DNA of 64,000 nucleotides from Deltaproteobacteria bacterium (GCA_033763315.1 JANRKS010000027.1:32001-96000), one strand, 5' to 3'; numbered from the stretch's first letter, positions 22,387 to 32,973 are shown. Program-made: numbers and translations. The notes: generated by a model from the sequence alone, not told the origin.

Positions 22387-23556
22387 CTAGGGCACGCAAG
22401 CACCAAACACGGCGTGATCTGGATTCGTAAGCTTTTGGCAGCTGCGGCCGGCTTGGCACGTGGTGGGCTGGTCGAGGCGGCAAATCGGTCGACACACGGG
22501 CACGCCAGTGTTTACGCAGATGAGACCGGGCCCGCAATCGCCCGTGGTTGTGCAAGCCCCACCGTCAACCCCCACGCGTTGAGGGGTCACACATTCGCAG
22601 TCAGTGACTTCGCCGGGCAGCACAAAGCAACGCAAGCCAGTGACACAGCCCTGTTGTGCAGCGCCCCGCGGATCGCACGGCTGCGAACACAGGCGAGCGC
22701 CCGCGGCAGGTTCGTTGGGGCATGACACAAAGTTTGAGCAAGTTCCTGCCATCGGGCATTGCGCGTCTTGCGTGCAGTAGCGTCTACACACGCTGATGCC
22801 ACACCCACGGTTGTAACACTGCGAACCAGGCGCGCACTCTGCGTTGCCGGTGCACACTTCGCCCGGTTGCTTTTGGCCTGCGGGAACGCACATCGTTGCA
22901 GCGTTGCCTGATGCCAAACACGACAGCACACACGCTTGCCCTGTTGTGCATCCCACCGCCGTTGCCGGTGTGCAGATGGTGGTAGGTGTGCCAGCGTCAA
23001 GCGCCCCCGCGTCTGCAGTGGGCACCGCAATCCCTTCGTCACCGGGCTCTTCAAGTGCAAGGCCCCACAGTCCGGATCCGCTGCTATCGCCTTCCCACTG
23101 TTCATAACCCTCCACGTTGGCGCTTGCCGCTTGAACAAGACGCGCGCGGCCCCGCACCAAAAATTTGTTTTCCCCATCGGGCACAACCACCACGCGATAC
23201 ACGCGGCCCACGGGTGGCGGTGGCACAAACTGCCGTGTGCGTACGGGCACGGCGAACGCCGTGTTCTGGGGTTCGATCAAAACTGCCGTATCGGTCAGGG
23301 GCGCACGCCCTCGCCGCGCCACGCCTGTGGCCAAGCCGACGCGCAACGGTCGAGGCGTCGCCAAAGCGTCTGCCGGTATGAACAACTCCACGCGCTGGCG
23401 CCCCTTGCCCAAGGTCACCATCGCATCAGTGCCGCCCGCTTGCACAGACTGCTGCTCTGCCAGCACGTTGAACAATTTGTCGGTGTCGCCAAAACAAGCG
23501 ACCACCAGCGCCGCAGATACCGTCGCACCCAGCACAACAAATTTCGCCGACCGCAT
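22387..23556 (-). CDS. Cys-rich lipoprotein with N-terminal ZU5-like beta domain
   Basis: Lipobox LVVAC; 'LFIPADAL...IEP....FAVPV'; C-terminal repeats 'G..C....EC.PG..C......C...C'. Confidence 0.65.
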   Translation of the reverse strand: MRSAKFVVLGATVSAALVVACFGDTDKLFNVLAEQQSVQAGGTDAMVTLGKGRQRVELFIPADALATPRPLRVGLATGVARRGRAPLTDTAVLIEPQNTAFAVPVRTRQFVPPPPVGRVYRVVVVPDGENKFLVRGRARLVQAASANVEGYEQWEGDSSGSGLWGLALEEPGDEGIAVPTADAGALDAGTPTTICTPATAVGCTTGQACVLSCLASGNAATMCVPAGQKQPGEVCTGNAECAPGSQCYNRGCGISVCRRYCTQDAQCPMAGTCSNFVSCPNEPAAGARLCSQPCDPRGAAQQGCVTGLRCFVLPGEVTDCECVTPQRVGVDGGACTTTGDCGPGLICVNTGVPVCRPICRLDQPTTCQAGRSCQKLTNPDHAVFGACVP

Positions 23557-23628
23557 GTAAGCCAACATCGGCAGAAAGGCGGTCAAGCCTTAACAACGTC
23601 CCTGGCACCTCACGGCAAAGATGGCCCC

Positions 23629-24678
23629 TTAGTCACCAAAGCCACCGCCTGAGTCACCTCCGTCCCACCCGCCTCCGTCAGAGGACTCGAAGCCACCGCC
23701 CCCGTCGCCATCATACGCGGCGTCCCACACGCTGCCCCCCTCATCAACAGAGCTCATGTCATCACTATAATCATGCGCCGCCGTTTGTTCGGCGTAGGCG
23801 ATGTTGTCGTCAGACGCCAACGAAGGTTCGGCCTGAACATCAGCCAAAGACGCAATGGGTGCACCGCCCGAACTGTAGAGCATCATCGGCGACGGCATCA
23901 TCATGTGCATCATCGTTGAGAACATCATCATGTCCAACATCATGCCCATGGGGGATGGGTAGTAAGTGACGAATGGATCGTAGCCAGGTGCCATCGGTTG
24001 TGCTGGTCCCTGCTCAGGGCGCGCCAGGTCTTTGCTGCGCGGCTTCACCAAGCGTGATTCGGTCTTCTCAAGCACCACTTGGGCCTCAGGCAAAGCCGCC
24101 GCAAGCGCTGCCTGCAGTCTTTGCACAAACGACTCGAACGCCAAGCGCGACGCTTCGAGCATGCCCGCCTGCTTCACCAAAGGTTCAACGCGCGCCTGGT
24201 ATGCATCTGCCGTCTCGCCAGGAAAGGGCTCAAGGGTACGAATGCGTCCCCCCACCGAAACAATGGCCGCGGGCTCATCACGCAAGTGCTTCGTGCGGGC
24301 CCGCGTTTCGATAACCATGTGAACGCCCGCTTCCTCGTGTTCTGCTGCAAAACGCAGCTCTTTGAATCCGCGGCCAAACACAGACGCGTGTTCCGAAAGC
24401 GCTAAAATAAGATCGCCCAAATCGTCGGGGCGGCCTTGCGTGTCCGAGAAGATCGTCGTGTCATCAATGACGAGTGACAACGCGTTCGTCACGCCCAGTT
24501 TCGCCAACGAGCGTCGCGTGCTGTCGACCACAGCCGTCGCCTCAAGCTCATTCTCCACTTCGCCGGTCTCAAGATTGACCTTCGCACCCAAGCCCCCCTT
24601 CAAACGTTCCCACATCGTAGGATCCCGCCGAACCATGTTGCCCCTCACCGTGATGTGAATCTGCCCGACAAGCCGCAT
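23629..24678 (-). CDS. Hypothetical protein with Met-rich segment and acidic Gly-rich tail
   Basis: 349-aa ORF; globular-looking N-terminus; MGMMLDMMMFSTMMHMMMPSPMM; tail DGDGGGGFESSDGGGWDGGD. Confidence 0.75.
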   Translation of the reverse strand: MRLVGQIHITVRGNMVRRDPTMWERLKGGLGAKVNLETGEVENELEATAVVDSTRRSLAKLGVTNALSLVIDDTTIFSDTQGRPDDLGDLILALSEHASVFGRGFKELRFAAEHEEAGVHMVIETRARTKHLRDEPAAIVSVGGRIRTLEPFPGETADAYQARVEPLVKQAGMLEASRLAFESFVQRLQAALAAALPEAQVVLEKTESRLVKPRSKDLARPEQGPAQPMAPGYDPFVTYYPSPMGMMLDMMMFSTMMHMMMPSPMMLYSSGGAPIASLADVQAEPSLASDDNIAYAEQTAAHDYSDDMSSVDEGGSVWDAAYDGDGGGGFESSDGGGWDGGDSGGGFGD

Positions 24679-24817
24679 GCTGTGCTTCTACTACCCTCGG
24701 GGCCCAGATGCCATTGGGGAACCCATCAACGGCAACACGGACGTCGCGTTCTGCACGCCCACTTTGCGGTAAGTGCTTCCGGTCAATCCCTATTCCGCCG
24801 CGCCAAGTGCCTTGCGA

Positions 24818-26248
24818 TCACGCCCGCAGCACGTCTTTGATCGTGCCCTCGCCTTTTCCAAATTTCGTCACGTCCGTAAGGTCCGCGGCCTGGGCCAGCG
24901 TGGCGTAGGCCGCCCCCATGTGCTGCGACCCCTTGAGCACGAAGTCTTTGTCGCCCTCGTCAGGCACCTCGCGCGTGAAGAAGTCGGGCCAATACGGCGC
25001 CTTCACCCGCGTGTTCTTGCCAGCCAACATAAACAACAGTTGCGCGTCGAAACCGTTGTGGTGCCGCAAGCCGCTGTTGGTGAGCCAGATCATCACAGTG
25101 TTTTCGCCCATCGTGCCCGACCCCTCGGCGAACTCATCCATACGCTTGCGCATCCACGCGATCTCACCCGCTACGTATTTGTGGATCTTCGCACACTCAG
25201 TCACAGCCGCGTCGGTGCGCGAATGAAAAAGGCCATTGTGCATCTCTCCATAGTTATTGAAGTCGGGACCCGCCAAGTTCTTCCACGGATCTTCGCTGAA
25301 ATACGCAAACCCGTTTAGCGTCAAATGCGAGACGTGGGTTAGCTCATAACCCTGCACAAGCACCGAAAGATCTGCCAAGGCCCGCACCACATCACGATTC
25401 ATCGTCGTGTCATCCAACGTTGGCGCCGGTGGCTTCTCGCCTAAGCGCGAAGGCGTCTTCGTGAGGCCCGTGGCTTTGCGTTCGAATTCACGCAGCGATT
25501 CGATCGCTTGATCCAATTTCGCCCTATCGGCCCCCGCGGCCAGCTTCATGCGCGCCCGGTTGAGATCGTCCACCATGCCGTCAAACAGGGATTTCTTGTC
25601 CACCAACGTTTTCTCAACGGCCGGCGTGGAGACGTTCATGACCGAGCCAAAGTAGGCGGCATACGCTTTGACGGGGCTTGTGTAGCAAGGCGCCAATTTT
25701 GCTGCATCATCATAGCTTGGGCACGCGGCGCTTTTGTACGTGCTGCAGAACGGTCCCATGTTTGTGGACTGGTGAACGTCGCCATAACGCTGCTGTAGGC
25801 GCTTGCCAAGGAACCTATCGATCGAAATGCCGCCCGCCGCGGGTTCGTCGAACGTTTGCCGAAAGTTCGCGGTCAAAAGCATGGAGTCCATGCCGTGGTT
25901 TGGAAAGAACGTCAGCGAATCGTTGTATCCGTAAAGGCCAAACCACAGGGCCACGTCGTTCTTGTAGGGCGCAAAGCTTTGGGCCCACGCGGGCAGATCG
26001 AAATCTGTGGGCGAGGCATAACGTGCAGAGAAAAGTTTGCTCTTCTTGCCGGTGTTCGTGGCAGCCGTAGAGCCAAGCAAATCCGCTGAGTGCGACCATG
26101 CGTTTCCCTGCGTGAGAAACAAAAAGCGGCGGCTCGGGCCCGAAGCCGCGCGCGCGTCCGAGATGATGCGACCCATGAGGCCGCCCAGCAGCGGCGACGC
26201 CGCACCCAACCCCAAACCTTTGATAAGCGCTCGACGTTTGAACAGCAT
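24818..26248 (-). CDS. DUF1552 family protein (Tat-exported)
   Basis: KRRALIKGLG twin-arginine; 'SID', 'P.KAY..YFG', 'KSLFD...DDL', 'DRAKLDQ..ESLREFE', 'H...H', 'EG.GT'; follows DUF1592 gene. Confidence 0.85.
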   Translation of the reverse strand: MLFKRRALIKGLGLGAASPLLGGLMGRIISDARAASGPSRRFLFLTQGNAWSHSADLLGSTAATNTGKKSKLFSARYASPTDFDLPAWAQSFAPYKNDVALWFGLYGYNDSLTFFPNHGMDSMLLTANFRQTFDEPAAGGISIDRFLGKRLQQRYGDVHQSTNMGPFCSTYKSAACPSYDDAAKLAPCYTSPVKAYAAYFGSVMNVSTPAVEKTLVDKKSLFDGMVDDLNRARMKLAAGADRAKLDQAIESLREFERKATGLTKTPSRLGEKPPAPTLDDTTMNRDVVRALADLSVLVQGYELTHVSHLTLNGFAYFSEDPWKNLAGPDFNNYGEMHNGLFHSRTDAAVTECAKIHKYVAGEIAWMRKRMDEFAEGSGTMGENTVMIWLTNSGLRHHNGFDAQLLFMLAGKNTRVKAPYWPDFFTREVPDEGDKDFVLKGSQHMGAAYATLAQAADLTDVTKFGKGEGTIKDVLRA

Positions 26249-26284
26249 GCGAAGGTCGTCCTTTCTATATGAGGCGGGGGAAAG

Positions 26285-27931
26285 CTATTGATCGCGGGGC
26301 GCCGCGCGGAAGCGGAACGCCTCGCTGGCCACGGTCTCGGCAAACAAGCCAAGCACATCGCCGTCGACAGCGGCGCGCGTCGCCGCAAGAGCGGCTACGT
26401 GGCATTCATCGGTCTCGCTTTGCTTGCGGCCTTGCAGGTACTCAAACACTTGACCCGCAAAGCAGGATCGTACGGCTTGTGACTCCGCCAGCTTCAAACC
26501 AAGCGCACGCGCGTTTGCCACCTCACCCGAAAGCGTGGGCAGATCAACTGTGGCCGATGTGGCAAACGGCTTCGACGTTTCGGGATCTTTGTCGCGCCAC
26601 ACGCCCAAGCGATCGTAAGCCGCGAAGGGTTGGCCCAGCGGATCCAGTATCTTGTGGCAAAAGGCACAATCGGGGCGGTTCACGTGCTGGGCCCGCGCCT
26701 CTTCCGTGGTGACGGAGCGGCCCACCATGGCCTCCAATGCCTTCTTCGTGGCATCCAGATCGGCAGAGACGTTGTTGGGTGGATCGGGCACCGGCGTGCA
26801 CAGCAAGCGCTCACTTACAAAGCGACCGCGCGCACTTTGGTTCGTGTGCCGGCCCATCACCAAACCCAAACTCAAAAGGCCCGCCGTGTCGGCATCGGCC
26901 TTCGGCGTGTACTTCATCCACATGCCCTCGGGCACGCTCACATTTGCGTTTGTCAACTTCGCAAGGGGCGCGTTCAAGAACGTGTAGTTGGCCGAAAGCA
27001 AAGTGGAAAGTTTTCCGCCGTCTTGCCACAACACTTGGTCTAGGAAGCGTCTGGCCTGCTCGGCATAATCGGCGTTGGCGGCGGGTTTGCCTTGGTCTAC
27101 GAAGTCCTCGAAGAAGGCCTGCACACCCTGTGCGAGCGTTGCGCTTTTGAGAATGCGTTGTGCGGCCTTACGAACGTCCTCTGCAGACGCCAATTTGTTG
27201 TTGGCCGCGGCCTGCAGAAGCTCCGCGTCCGGCGGCCCATCGGTGAGCCCGTAAGAGAGTGCGGATGCAATTTCATATGAGGACAGCGCAAACGTAGCGC
27301 CACGTTTTTGGCCAATCTCAAGACGAAACAAGACGTCGGGTGCCATCAAAAGTCGTTGCACAACGAACGTCAGCGCTTGCTGCGGGTTGGCTGCCTTGCT
27401 TACTGAATCGAAGAAGCCAAGGTAGATGTCACGCTCTTCCTTTGTGAAAGGCCGGCGCCAGGCGCGCAGGCCAAACCCGTCCAGCATCTCGCCCACGCAG
27501 CTTCTATTGATGCCTTTGCTCATGCAGGCGGCCAGGCGCTCGGGGTTCGCGATCGCCGCCGCCGCCGCGGCTTCTACGGCTCCCATCAGCGATTCAGTGA
27601 CGCCTAAGTTGTTCGAGAGCACCTGCTCACCATTCGAGAACGGCTGGGTGCGCGGCAGGTTCGTCTGCAGGTCTTGAATCAACTTCTTGTCGGGGGCCGC
27701 TGGCCCCAGCAGCGCCGCAAATGTGTTCTGTAGCTGCACCGGCGTCAGACGGTATATGCGCTGTGGAAGCACAGCACACGCCTGGCCATTGGCACCACCT
27801 GCCGAAGGCTGCTCGGGCACGCCGCCATTCGCCGTGTCACCAGCGATGGTGCCCGAACAGCCGGCAAGGCTGACAACAAGTGACAACATGCCCGCGGGGC
27901 CAACTACCAAACTGCCCATAGAAAGCCGCAT
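26285..27931 (-). CDS. DUF1587/1595/1592/1588/1585 family lipoprotein with c-type haem motif
   Basis: Lipobox LAGC; RLT..Q..NT, RAWRRP, YEIASALSY.L..GPPD.EL, RG.FV..RLLC..VP.PP, CAFCH..LDPLG; start at ATG 27931 just downstream of sigma54 promoter. Confidence 0.9.
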   Translation of the reverse strand: MRLSMGSLVVGPAGMLSLVVSLAGCSGTIAGDTANGGVPEQPSAGGANGQACAVLPQRIYRLTPVQLQNTFAALLGPAAPDKKLIQDLQTNLPRTQPFSNGEQVLSNNLGVTESLMGAVEAAAAAAIANPERLAACMSKGINRSCVGEMLDGFGLRAWRRPFTKEERDIYLGFFDSVSKAANPQQALTFVVQRLLMAPDVLFRLEIGQKRGATFALSSYEIASALSYGLTDGPPDAELLQAAANNKLASAEDVRKAAQRILKSATLAQGVQAFFEDFVDQGKPAANADYAEQARRFLDQVLWQDGGKLSTLLSANYTFLNAPLAKLTNANVSVPEGMWMKYTPKADADTAGLLSLGLVMGRHTNQSARGRFVSERLLCTPVPDPPNNVSADLDATKKALEAMVGRSVTTEEARAQHVNRPDCAFCHKILDPLGQPFAAYDRLGVWRDKDPETSKPFATSATVDLPTLSGEVANARALGLKLAESQAVRSCFAGQVFEYLQGRKQSETDECHVAALAATRAAVDGDVLGLFAETVASEAFRFRAAPRDQ

Positions 27932-27943
27932 GGCCATACCCTC

Positions 27944-27959
27944 AGCAAGGATGGTGCCG
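27944..27959 (-). promoter_or_regulatory. sigma54 promoter for DUF1592-DUF1552 operon
   Basis: Minus strand CGGCAC-CATCC-TTGCT. Confidence 0.75.
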
Positions 27960-28011
27960 CATAACCAATGCATCCACGCTCAAGCCAGACGCACCTTTAC
28001 GTCGATGCTAG

Positions 28012-28029
28012 CTGTGCAGATGTGCACAG
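28012..28029. promoter_or_regulatory. Palindromic candidate enhancer (UAS), copy 1
   Basis: CTGTGCA-GATG-TGCACAG; arms identical to copy at 32975. Confidence 0.7.
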
Positions 28030-28123
28030 GTGCAACATTCGCGCACACCGCACAAAGCATTCGGCCACGAATCTCCTTACGTGCCCGATCCCAAAACACA
28101 ATGAATGTCCTATGATCTCTGTT

Positions 28124-29212
28124 GTGCGCGCGCGACCCGCGATCCGCTTGATATTCACGCTCGTCTTCGGGCCTGTATCCGCTTGCACGCTGGTGGTGGA
28201 TCCGGGGCACTATGGCGAAGGGGCGAACGAAGCGTCGCCCGCGCTTTTGCTCGGCGGCGAGCGTGCGTCCAGCCAACCCACGGCCACGGCCGATACGCTG
28301 CTCGCGAAAGCCACGGGCGAAGGGCTTCCGCTCGGTTGGTCGCCGCAATTGGCTTTGCCGCAAGCGGGGATTTGGCACGGACACGCGTCCGCCAAACAAG
28401 TGGTGGCGTTTTGGTATGATCGCATGGGTTCGGTTCTGGCCAACGCATCTTGGAACGGCAAAACGCTTGGCCCGTGGACAAAACAACCCGGCCCACTCGT
28501 GCCGGTCGAGCAGTTGGAAGCCGGCCTGGCTCTCACCGAGGGCGCCATCTTCTTGGTGGGCAGCACACAAGGGCCAGGTGACGACGACAAGAGCAAAGTC
28601 TCCATCGCTCGACGTAACAACGGCGCGTATGGCGAATTCGAGGCCGCGCCCGTAAGACTCATCAACGGCCGGTTCCGTCCCACGCTGCTCGTGTGCCAGG
28701 GCCATCTGCTGGTCTTGGGCGGCGAAGGCAACCATCTTGGCGATCCTGTGCCGGTCGAACACTTCGATTTCGCGAAACTCACGAACCAAAACACTGGCGT
28801 CGCCCAATTTGCGGCGGGCCCAAGCTTCGCCATGGATGGGCGTCCCCACCGCGTTTCAAACGCCGCTGCGGTCTGCGCGTTTGGGTCTGTGTATGTCCTT
28901 GGTGGTCTTTCCCCCACCGTGAACGAAACCACCGACGTGGTGTTATCGGCAGCGTTCACCGCCGAAGGGCGTGCAGGCCCGTGGAGGCCACAAACACGTT
29001 TGCCATCCCCTTTGCGGCAAGCTGCGGCGTTCGTTTCCGGGCGGCGTTTGGTGGTCGCGGGAGGCCGCTCGGGACCAAACGCCCCGGCCAACACCAAGGT
29101 GATCTCGAGCCAAATCGGCGCCGATGGGTCGCTGAGTCCATGGGTCACCGAAACCGCCGCCGCCTTACCCGATGGCTGGGTCAACGCGCGCGCGGTGCCG
29201 CTCTCCAACTAG
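28124..29212 (+). CDS. Kelch-like beta-propeller lipoprotein (start GTG 28124 or ATG 28112)
   Basis: Lipobox VSAC; repeats IFLVGS, LLVLGG, VYVLGG, LVVAGG with W...LP.P spacing. Confidence 0.75.
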   Translation: MRARPAIRLIFTLVFGPVSACTLVVDPGHYGEGANEASPALLLGGERASSQPTATADTLLAKATGEGLPLGWSPQLALPQAGIWHGHASAKQVVAFWYDRMGSVLANASWNGKTLGPWTKQPGPLVPVEQLEAGLALTEGAIFLVGSTQGPGDDDKSKVSIARRNNGAYGEFEAAPVRLINGRFRPTLLVCQGHLLVLGGEGNHLGDPVPVEHFDFAKLTNQNTGVAQFAAGPSFAMDGRPHRVSNAAAVCAFGSVYVLGGLSPTVNETTDVVLSAAFTAEGRAGPWRPQTRLPSPLRQAAAFVSGRRLVVAGGRSGPNAPANTKVISSQIGADGSLSPWVTETAAALPDGWVNARAVPLSN

Positions 29213-29244
29213 GCCGCCCCACACACATAAGCGCCACTCACGGT

Positions 29245-30654
29245 ATGATAGATGTGTCCTTGCCCATGAACGAGCTTCCCGAGACAGCCCTTGACGCTCT
29301 AGGCGCCGCGGAGCCCTCGCCTGCCATTTCGCGCGTGCTGCTCATCGTGGAACGCGCAAGCGCGGATGCCACAAGCGACGTGATCGAACTGGGTGAAGGC
29401 GCAGAGCTGCACATCGGACGCGTGGCTGGCACACACACGCTGGCCATTGACGATCCGCGCGTGTCGCGGCAGCACGCCCGGGTGTGGTTGGAAGCGGGCG
29501 TGCTGTCGGTGGAAGATTTGGGCGGCCGCAATGGCACGCTCGTCAACGATCGCTTGCTGATGAAGGGTCGCTTGCGCGTCGAAGGTGGCGACTGCATCAA
29601 AATCGCCAACGTCACAATCACCGTGGGCGCGTTTCGCGCGCGTGAGGTGGCCGCCGATGTGACGTTTGAATCACAAGGCGAAGTCACGCCTGGCGCGGGC
29701 GTCATCGTGGCCGAGGCGTCTATGAAGCAAGTGTTTGCTTTGGCGCACCGCCTGGCGCACCTGCCCACCACGGTGCTTTTGCTGGGCGAATCCGGCGCGG
29801 GTAAGCAGATCGTGGCCGAAGCGATTGCGCGCGGAGGCCCCCGGCATGCCGCCCCGTTTATTCGCGTCAACTGCGCGGCGCTGCCTGAGCAGTTGGTGGA
29901 AAGCGCGCTCTTCGGTCATGAGAAAGGCGCGTTTACGGGCGCCGATCGGAGGCACATCGGGTTCTTTGAAGCGGCAGGCAGTGGCACGCTTTTCCTCGAC
30001 GAAGTTGGCGAGTTGCCCCCACCCGCACAAGCCAAGCTGCTTACGGCGCTCGAAAGCCACGTGATCATCCGCGTGGGCGACACACGCGAGATCCCGGTGC
30101 TGGCGCGCGTGGTGGCCGCCACCAACCGCGATCTGTGGCAAGAGGTCAAAGCGGGGCGGTTCCGCGAAGATCTGTTCTTTCGGTTAAGTGCATTCACGCT
30201 TGAGGTTCCGCCGTTGCGAACGCGGCCCCAAGAAGTGCGCCTGTTGGCAGAAGTGTTCGTCAAACAGCTGGCCAAAGCGGCCGCCACGCCCGCCCCCGTG
30301 ATCGCGCCCGACGCGCACGCGCTGTTGCGAAGCCATTTTTGGCCCGGCAATGTGCGCGAGCTTCGCAACGCCATGGAATACGCATTTGTTGTGGCGTCCG
30401 AAGGCGTGATTCACGCCCATCACCTGCCCACGAGCGTAAGCAGCAAAGCGCAAGGTGTGCCCAATCCATCTGCATCGGCAAGCGCGCTGCCCGATTCGAT
30501 GGACGATCTTGAACGCCGCAGCGTCGAAGCCGCAATGACCACGGAGCGGGGCAACCAAACACGCGCCGCTTTGCGCTTGGGTATCTCGCGGCGCGCGCTG
30601 ATTCACAAGCTTGATAAGCACGGCATCTCGCGCCGCCATGGGGCCCCGCCGTGA
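29245..30654 (+). CDS. FHA-domain sigma54-dependent transcriptional activator (bEBP); start 29245-29266
   Basis: FHA (IGR, SRQHA, NGTLVN); Walker A GESGAGK; [15 protein letters not shown]; LFLDE; WPGNVREL; Fis [18 protein letters not shown]. Confidence 0.95.
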   Translation: MIDVSLPMNELPETALDALGAAEPSPAISRVLLIVERASADATSDVIELGEGAELHIGRVAGTHTLAIDDPRVSRQHARVWLEAGVLSVEDLGGRNGTLVNDRLLMKGRLRVEGGDCIKIANVTITVGAFRAREVAADVTFESQGEVTPGAGVIVAEASMKQVFALAHRLAHLPTTVLLLGESGAGKQIVAEAIARGGPRHAAPFIRVNCAALPEQLVESALFGHEKGAFTGADRRHIGFFEAAGSGTLFLDEVGELPPPAQAKLLTALESHVIIRVGDTREIPVLARVVAATNRDLWQEVKAGRFREDLFFRLSAFTLEVPPLRTRPQEVRLLAEVFVKQLAKAAATPAPVIAPDAHALLRSHFWPGNVRELRNAMEYAFVVASEGVIHAHHLPTSVSSKAQGVPNPSASASALPDSMDDLERRSVEAAMTTERGNQTRAALRLGISRRALIHKLDKHGISRRHGAPP

Positions 30655-32105
30655 ACGCGCGCGCAGCCAGATTGGCGGCCGCACCGCCACGGCAAGTGGG
30701 TCGGTGTTTGTTGTTTTCTCCGCTGGCCTCCGGTGGCATGGCAACCGTGTTCTTGGCGCGCATGCAAACGGCCGCGGGCCTGGTGCGCACCGTGGCCGTC
30801 AAAGAGATGCACCCGCAGTTTGCGAATAACCCTGACATCGTGGCGATGTTTTTGGATGAGGCCCGCTTGGCCACCCGCATCGCCCACCCCAACATCGTGC
30901 CCACGCTCGACGTGATGTTGGAAGCCGGTGGCCTTTACCTTGTGATGGATTACGTGGCCGGCGAGCCTTTGGGCAACGTGCTGCGCAGCTGCCGCAAAGC
31001 AAGCCTCAAACTCGATCCCGCGTTCGCTAGCGCTGTGATGCGGGACGCGTTGATGGGTTTGCACGCCGCCCACGAAGCCACAGATGAATTCGGCGAGCCC
31101 TTGTCTGTGGTGCACCGAGATGTGTCACCACAAAACATCATCGTGGGCCAAGACGGCCTTTCGCGCGTGCTTGATTTCGGGATTGCGAAGGCGCGTGGGC
31201 GCGTGCAGGAAACAACTGACATCGCCGTCAAAGGCAAGCTTCGCTATATGGCGCCCGAACAGCTCACGCGCCAACCGATCGATCAGCGAGTGGATGTGTT
31301 CACCGCTGGCATCGTGCTGTGGGAATCACTTACGGGGCGTGCGTTGTTCGAGAGTGAAGACGTAGGCAGCGCGCTTGCGGCCATCTTGCACGCCCCCATC
31401 GCGCCGCCCAGCCACTTCGATTCGCGTTTGTCTGCAGCGTGTGACGCCGTGGTGCTGCGCGCGCTTGAGCGTGATCCACGCAAGCGCTTCGCGAGCGCGC
31501 AAGAGTTTGCGGATGCGCTAACCAAGGCCATCACGCCCGCGACGCCGCAACAAGTGGCCGCGTTGTTGGCCAAAACGTGCGGCCCCAGCCTGGCTGCGCG
31601 CGCTGCCAAGATTGCCGATATAGAAGCGGAGACTCTTGGCGATGAGTGGCCGCCCAAGCACCTGCTCACTCTGCGCACCGTGCCGGACGTCGCCACCAAC
31701 CCCGCGGTCACCGCGCTCACAAAGAAGCGGCCAACCACACTCTGGTTGTGGCTCGGCGGCGTGGCCGCGGTGGGCGCGGGTGCGATCTATCTTAAGGCAA
31801 CGCCGCGTGAGCAGCCACGCCCCCAAGAGATGCGGGCTTTGCCCACGCCTTCCCCTACCGTGACGCAAATCGCAGCTCCACCCGCGCCGGTGATTGAGAC
31901 GCCTGCGATCACAGAGCCCATCGTTGCAGCACCCGCGCCGCAAAGAAAAGCGAAGCCACGCCGCGCGCCCATCAAGAAGGCCGTGGCAAACAAGGCCGCA
32001 GCCAAGCCCCCCGCAACGCCCGTGCCCGGCAAGAAGGCGGACTGCGAGATCCCCTGGGTCATCGGCCCGAACGGCGTGCGAACGCCGAAGGCGGGCTGTT
32101 TCTAG
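30651..32105 (+). CDS. Membrane-anchored Hanks-type Ser/Thr protein kinase
   Basis: GGMATV, VAVK, HRDVSPQN, DFG, APE; TM LWLWLGGVAAVGAGAIYL; Pro-rich region; terminal C...C motif. Confidence 0.95.
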   Translation: MNARAARLAAAPPRQVGRCLLFSPLASGGMATVFLARMQTAAGLVRTVAVKEMHPQFANNPDIVAMFLDEARLATRIAHPNIVPTLDVMLEAGGLYLVMDYVAGEPLGNVLRSCRKASLKLDPAFASAVMRDALMGLHAAHEATDEFGEPLSVVHRDVSPQNIIVGQDGLSRVLDFGIAKARGRVQETTDIAVKGKLRYMAPEQLTRQPIDQRVDVFTAGIVLWESLTGRALFESEDVGSALAAILHAPIAPPSHFDSRLSAACDAVVLRALERDPRKRFASAQEFADALTKAITPATPQQVAALLAKTCGPSLAARAAKIADIEAETLGDEWPPKHLLTLRTVPDVATNPAVTALTKKRPTTLWLWLGGVAAVGAGAIYLKATPREQPRPQEMRALPTPSPTVTQIAAPPAPVIETPAITEPIVAAPAPQRKAKPRRAPIKKAVANKAAAKPPATPVPGKKADCEIPWVIGPNGVRTPKAGCF

Positions 32106-32106
32106 A

Positions 32107-32967
32107 ATGCGCTGCTCAACACCAAGCGTTGCGCCGCGCGTGTGTTTGGCCACCGCCCTCCTAGCGATCTGTTTGGCGTGCTCGTCGCGCGCACAAGCAC
32201 AAGGGCCAGCCTGCATCAAAGCGTATGAAGAGGTGCAAGTGCGTCGACGCGAGAGCCAATTCATCGCGGCCCGCGACGCGGCCGTGACGTGCGCTTCGGG
32301 TTGTCCCGCCGTGCTCGCCAAAGACTGTGCCACGTGGATCGGCGAACTGGAAGCCGCCATTCCGCGCGTGATGCTTGAAGCGCGCGATGGCAACGGCACG
32401 CCCCTGGTGGACGTGCAGGTCACCATTGACGGCAAGCCTCGCGTGCAACAACTGCAGGGACGCGCCATCGAAGTTGATCCCGGCCCGCGCACCTTTGTGT
32501 TCTCCACCAAAGGCGCCGGTGATGTGCGCGTGCAAACGGTGGTTGTGGAGTTCGAGAAAAACCAGCGTGTATCGGCGCAATTTATGGATCTTTATCCAAC
32601 CGCGCGTCACACACCGATCCCCACGTCGACGTGGGTGTTCGCAGGCGTAAGCGCCATCGGGCTTGGAACGGCGGCGGTGTTCGGAACGATGGCCTGGTCG
32701 CTGCGGCAAGATCTCGAAGACAAAGCGTGCGCACCCGATTGCCCCGGCACCGACGTGGCTCGCCTTGGTCGTCTCACCACGGTCACCGATGTATCGCTCG
32801 GCGTGGGCCTCACAGCCGCCGTGGGCGCTGTAGCCATTTGGTTGGCCACGCGCCCCGCGCCGCGCCCGCCGCGCCAAAATCTGAGCTTGCGTTCACCGTG
32901 GGCGCCCACGATGTTCGCGCACCCGGCAGCAGGTGGTGGCAAGGTCGGCGCGGCGTGGGTTTGGTAA
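32107..32967 (+). CDS. Secreted/membrane Cys-containing helical + PEGA-like protein, kinase companion
   Basis: Signal peptide ...AQA; 'C..AYE..Q..R......AR.....CA..CP.....DC..W..E'; 'V.IDG.......IEVDPG'; two C-terminal hydrophobic helices. Confidence 0.7.
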   Translation: MRCSTPSVAPRVCLATALLAICLACSSRAQAQGPACIKAYEEVQVRRRESQFIAARDAAVTCASGCPAVLAKDCATWIGELEAAIPRVMLEARDGNGTPLVDVQVTIDGKPRVQQLQGRAIEVDPGPRTFVFSTKGAGDVRVQTVVVEFEKNQRVSAQFMDLYPTARHTPIPTSTWVFAGVSAIGLGTAAVFGTMAWSLRQDLEDKACAPDCPGTDVARLGRLTTVTDVSLGVGLTAAVGAVAIWLATRPAPRPPRQNLSLRSPWAPTMFAHPAAGGGKVGAAWVW

Positions 32968-32973
32968 GGGCGG

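Noticed and set aside
28693-29244. Long N-terminal extension of the sigma54 activator ORF
   Set aside because: Overlaps the Kelch gene in another frame; FHA domain begins after 29245
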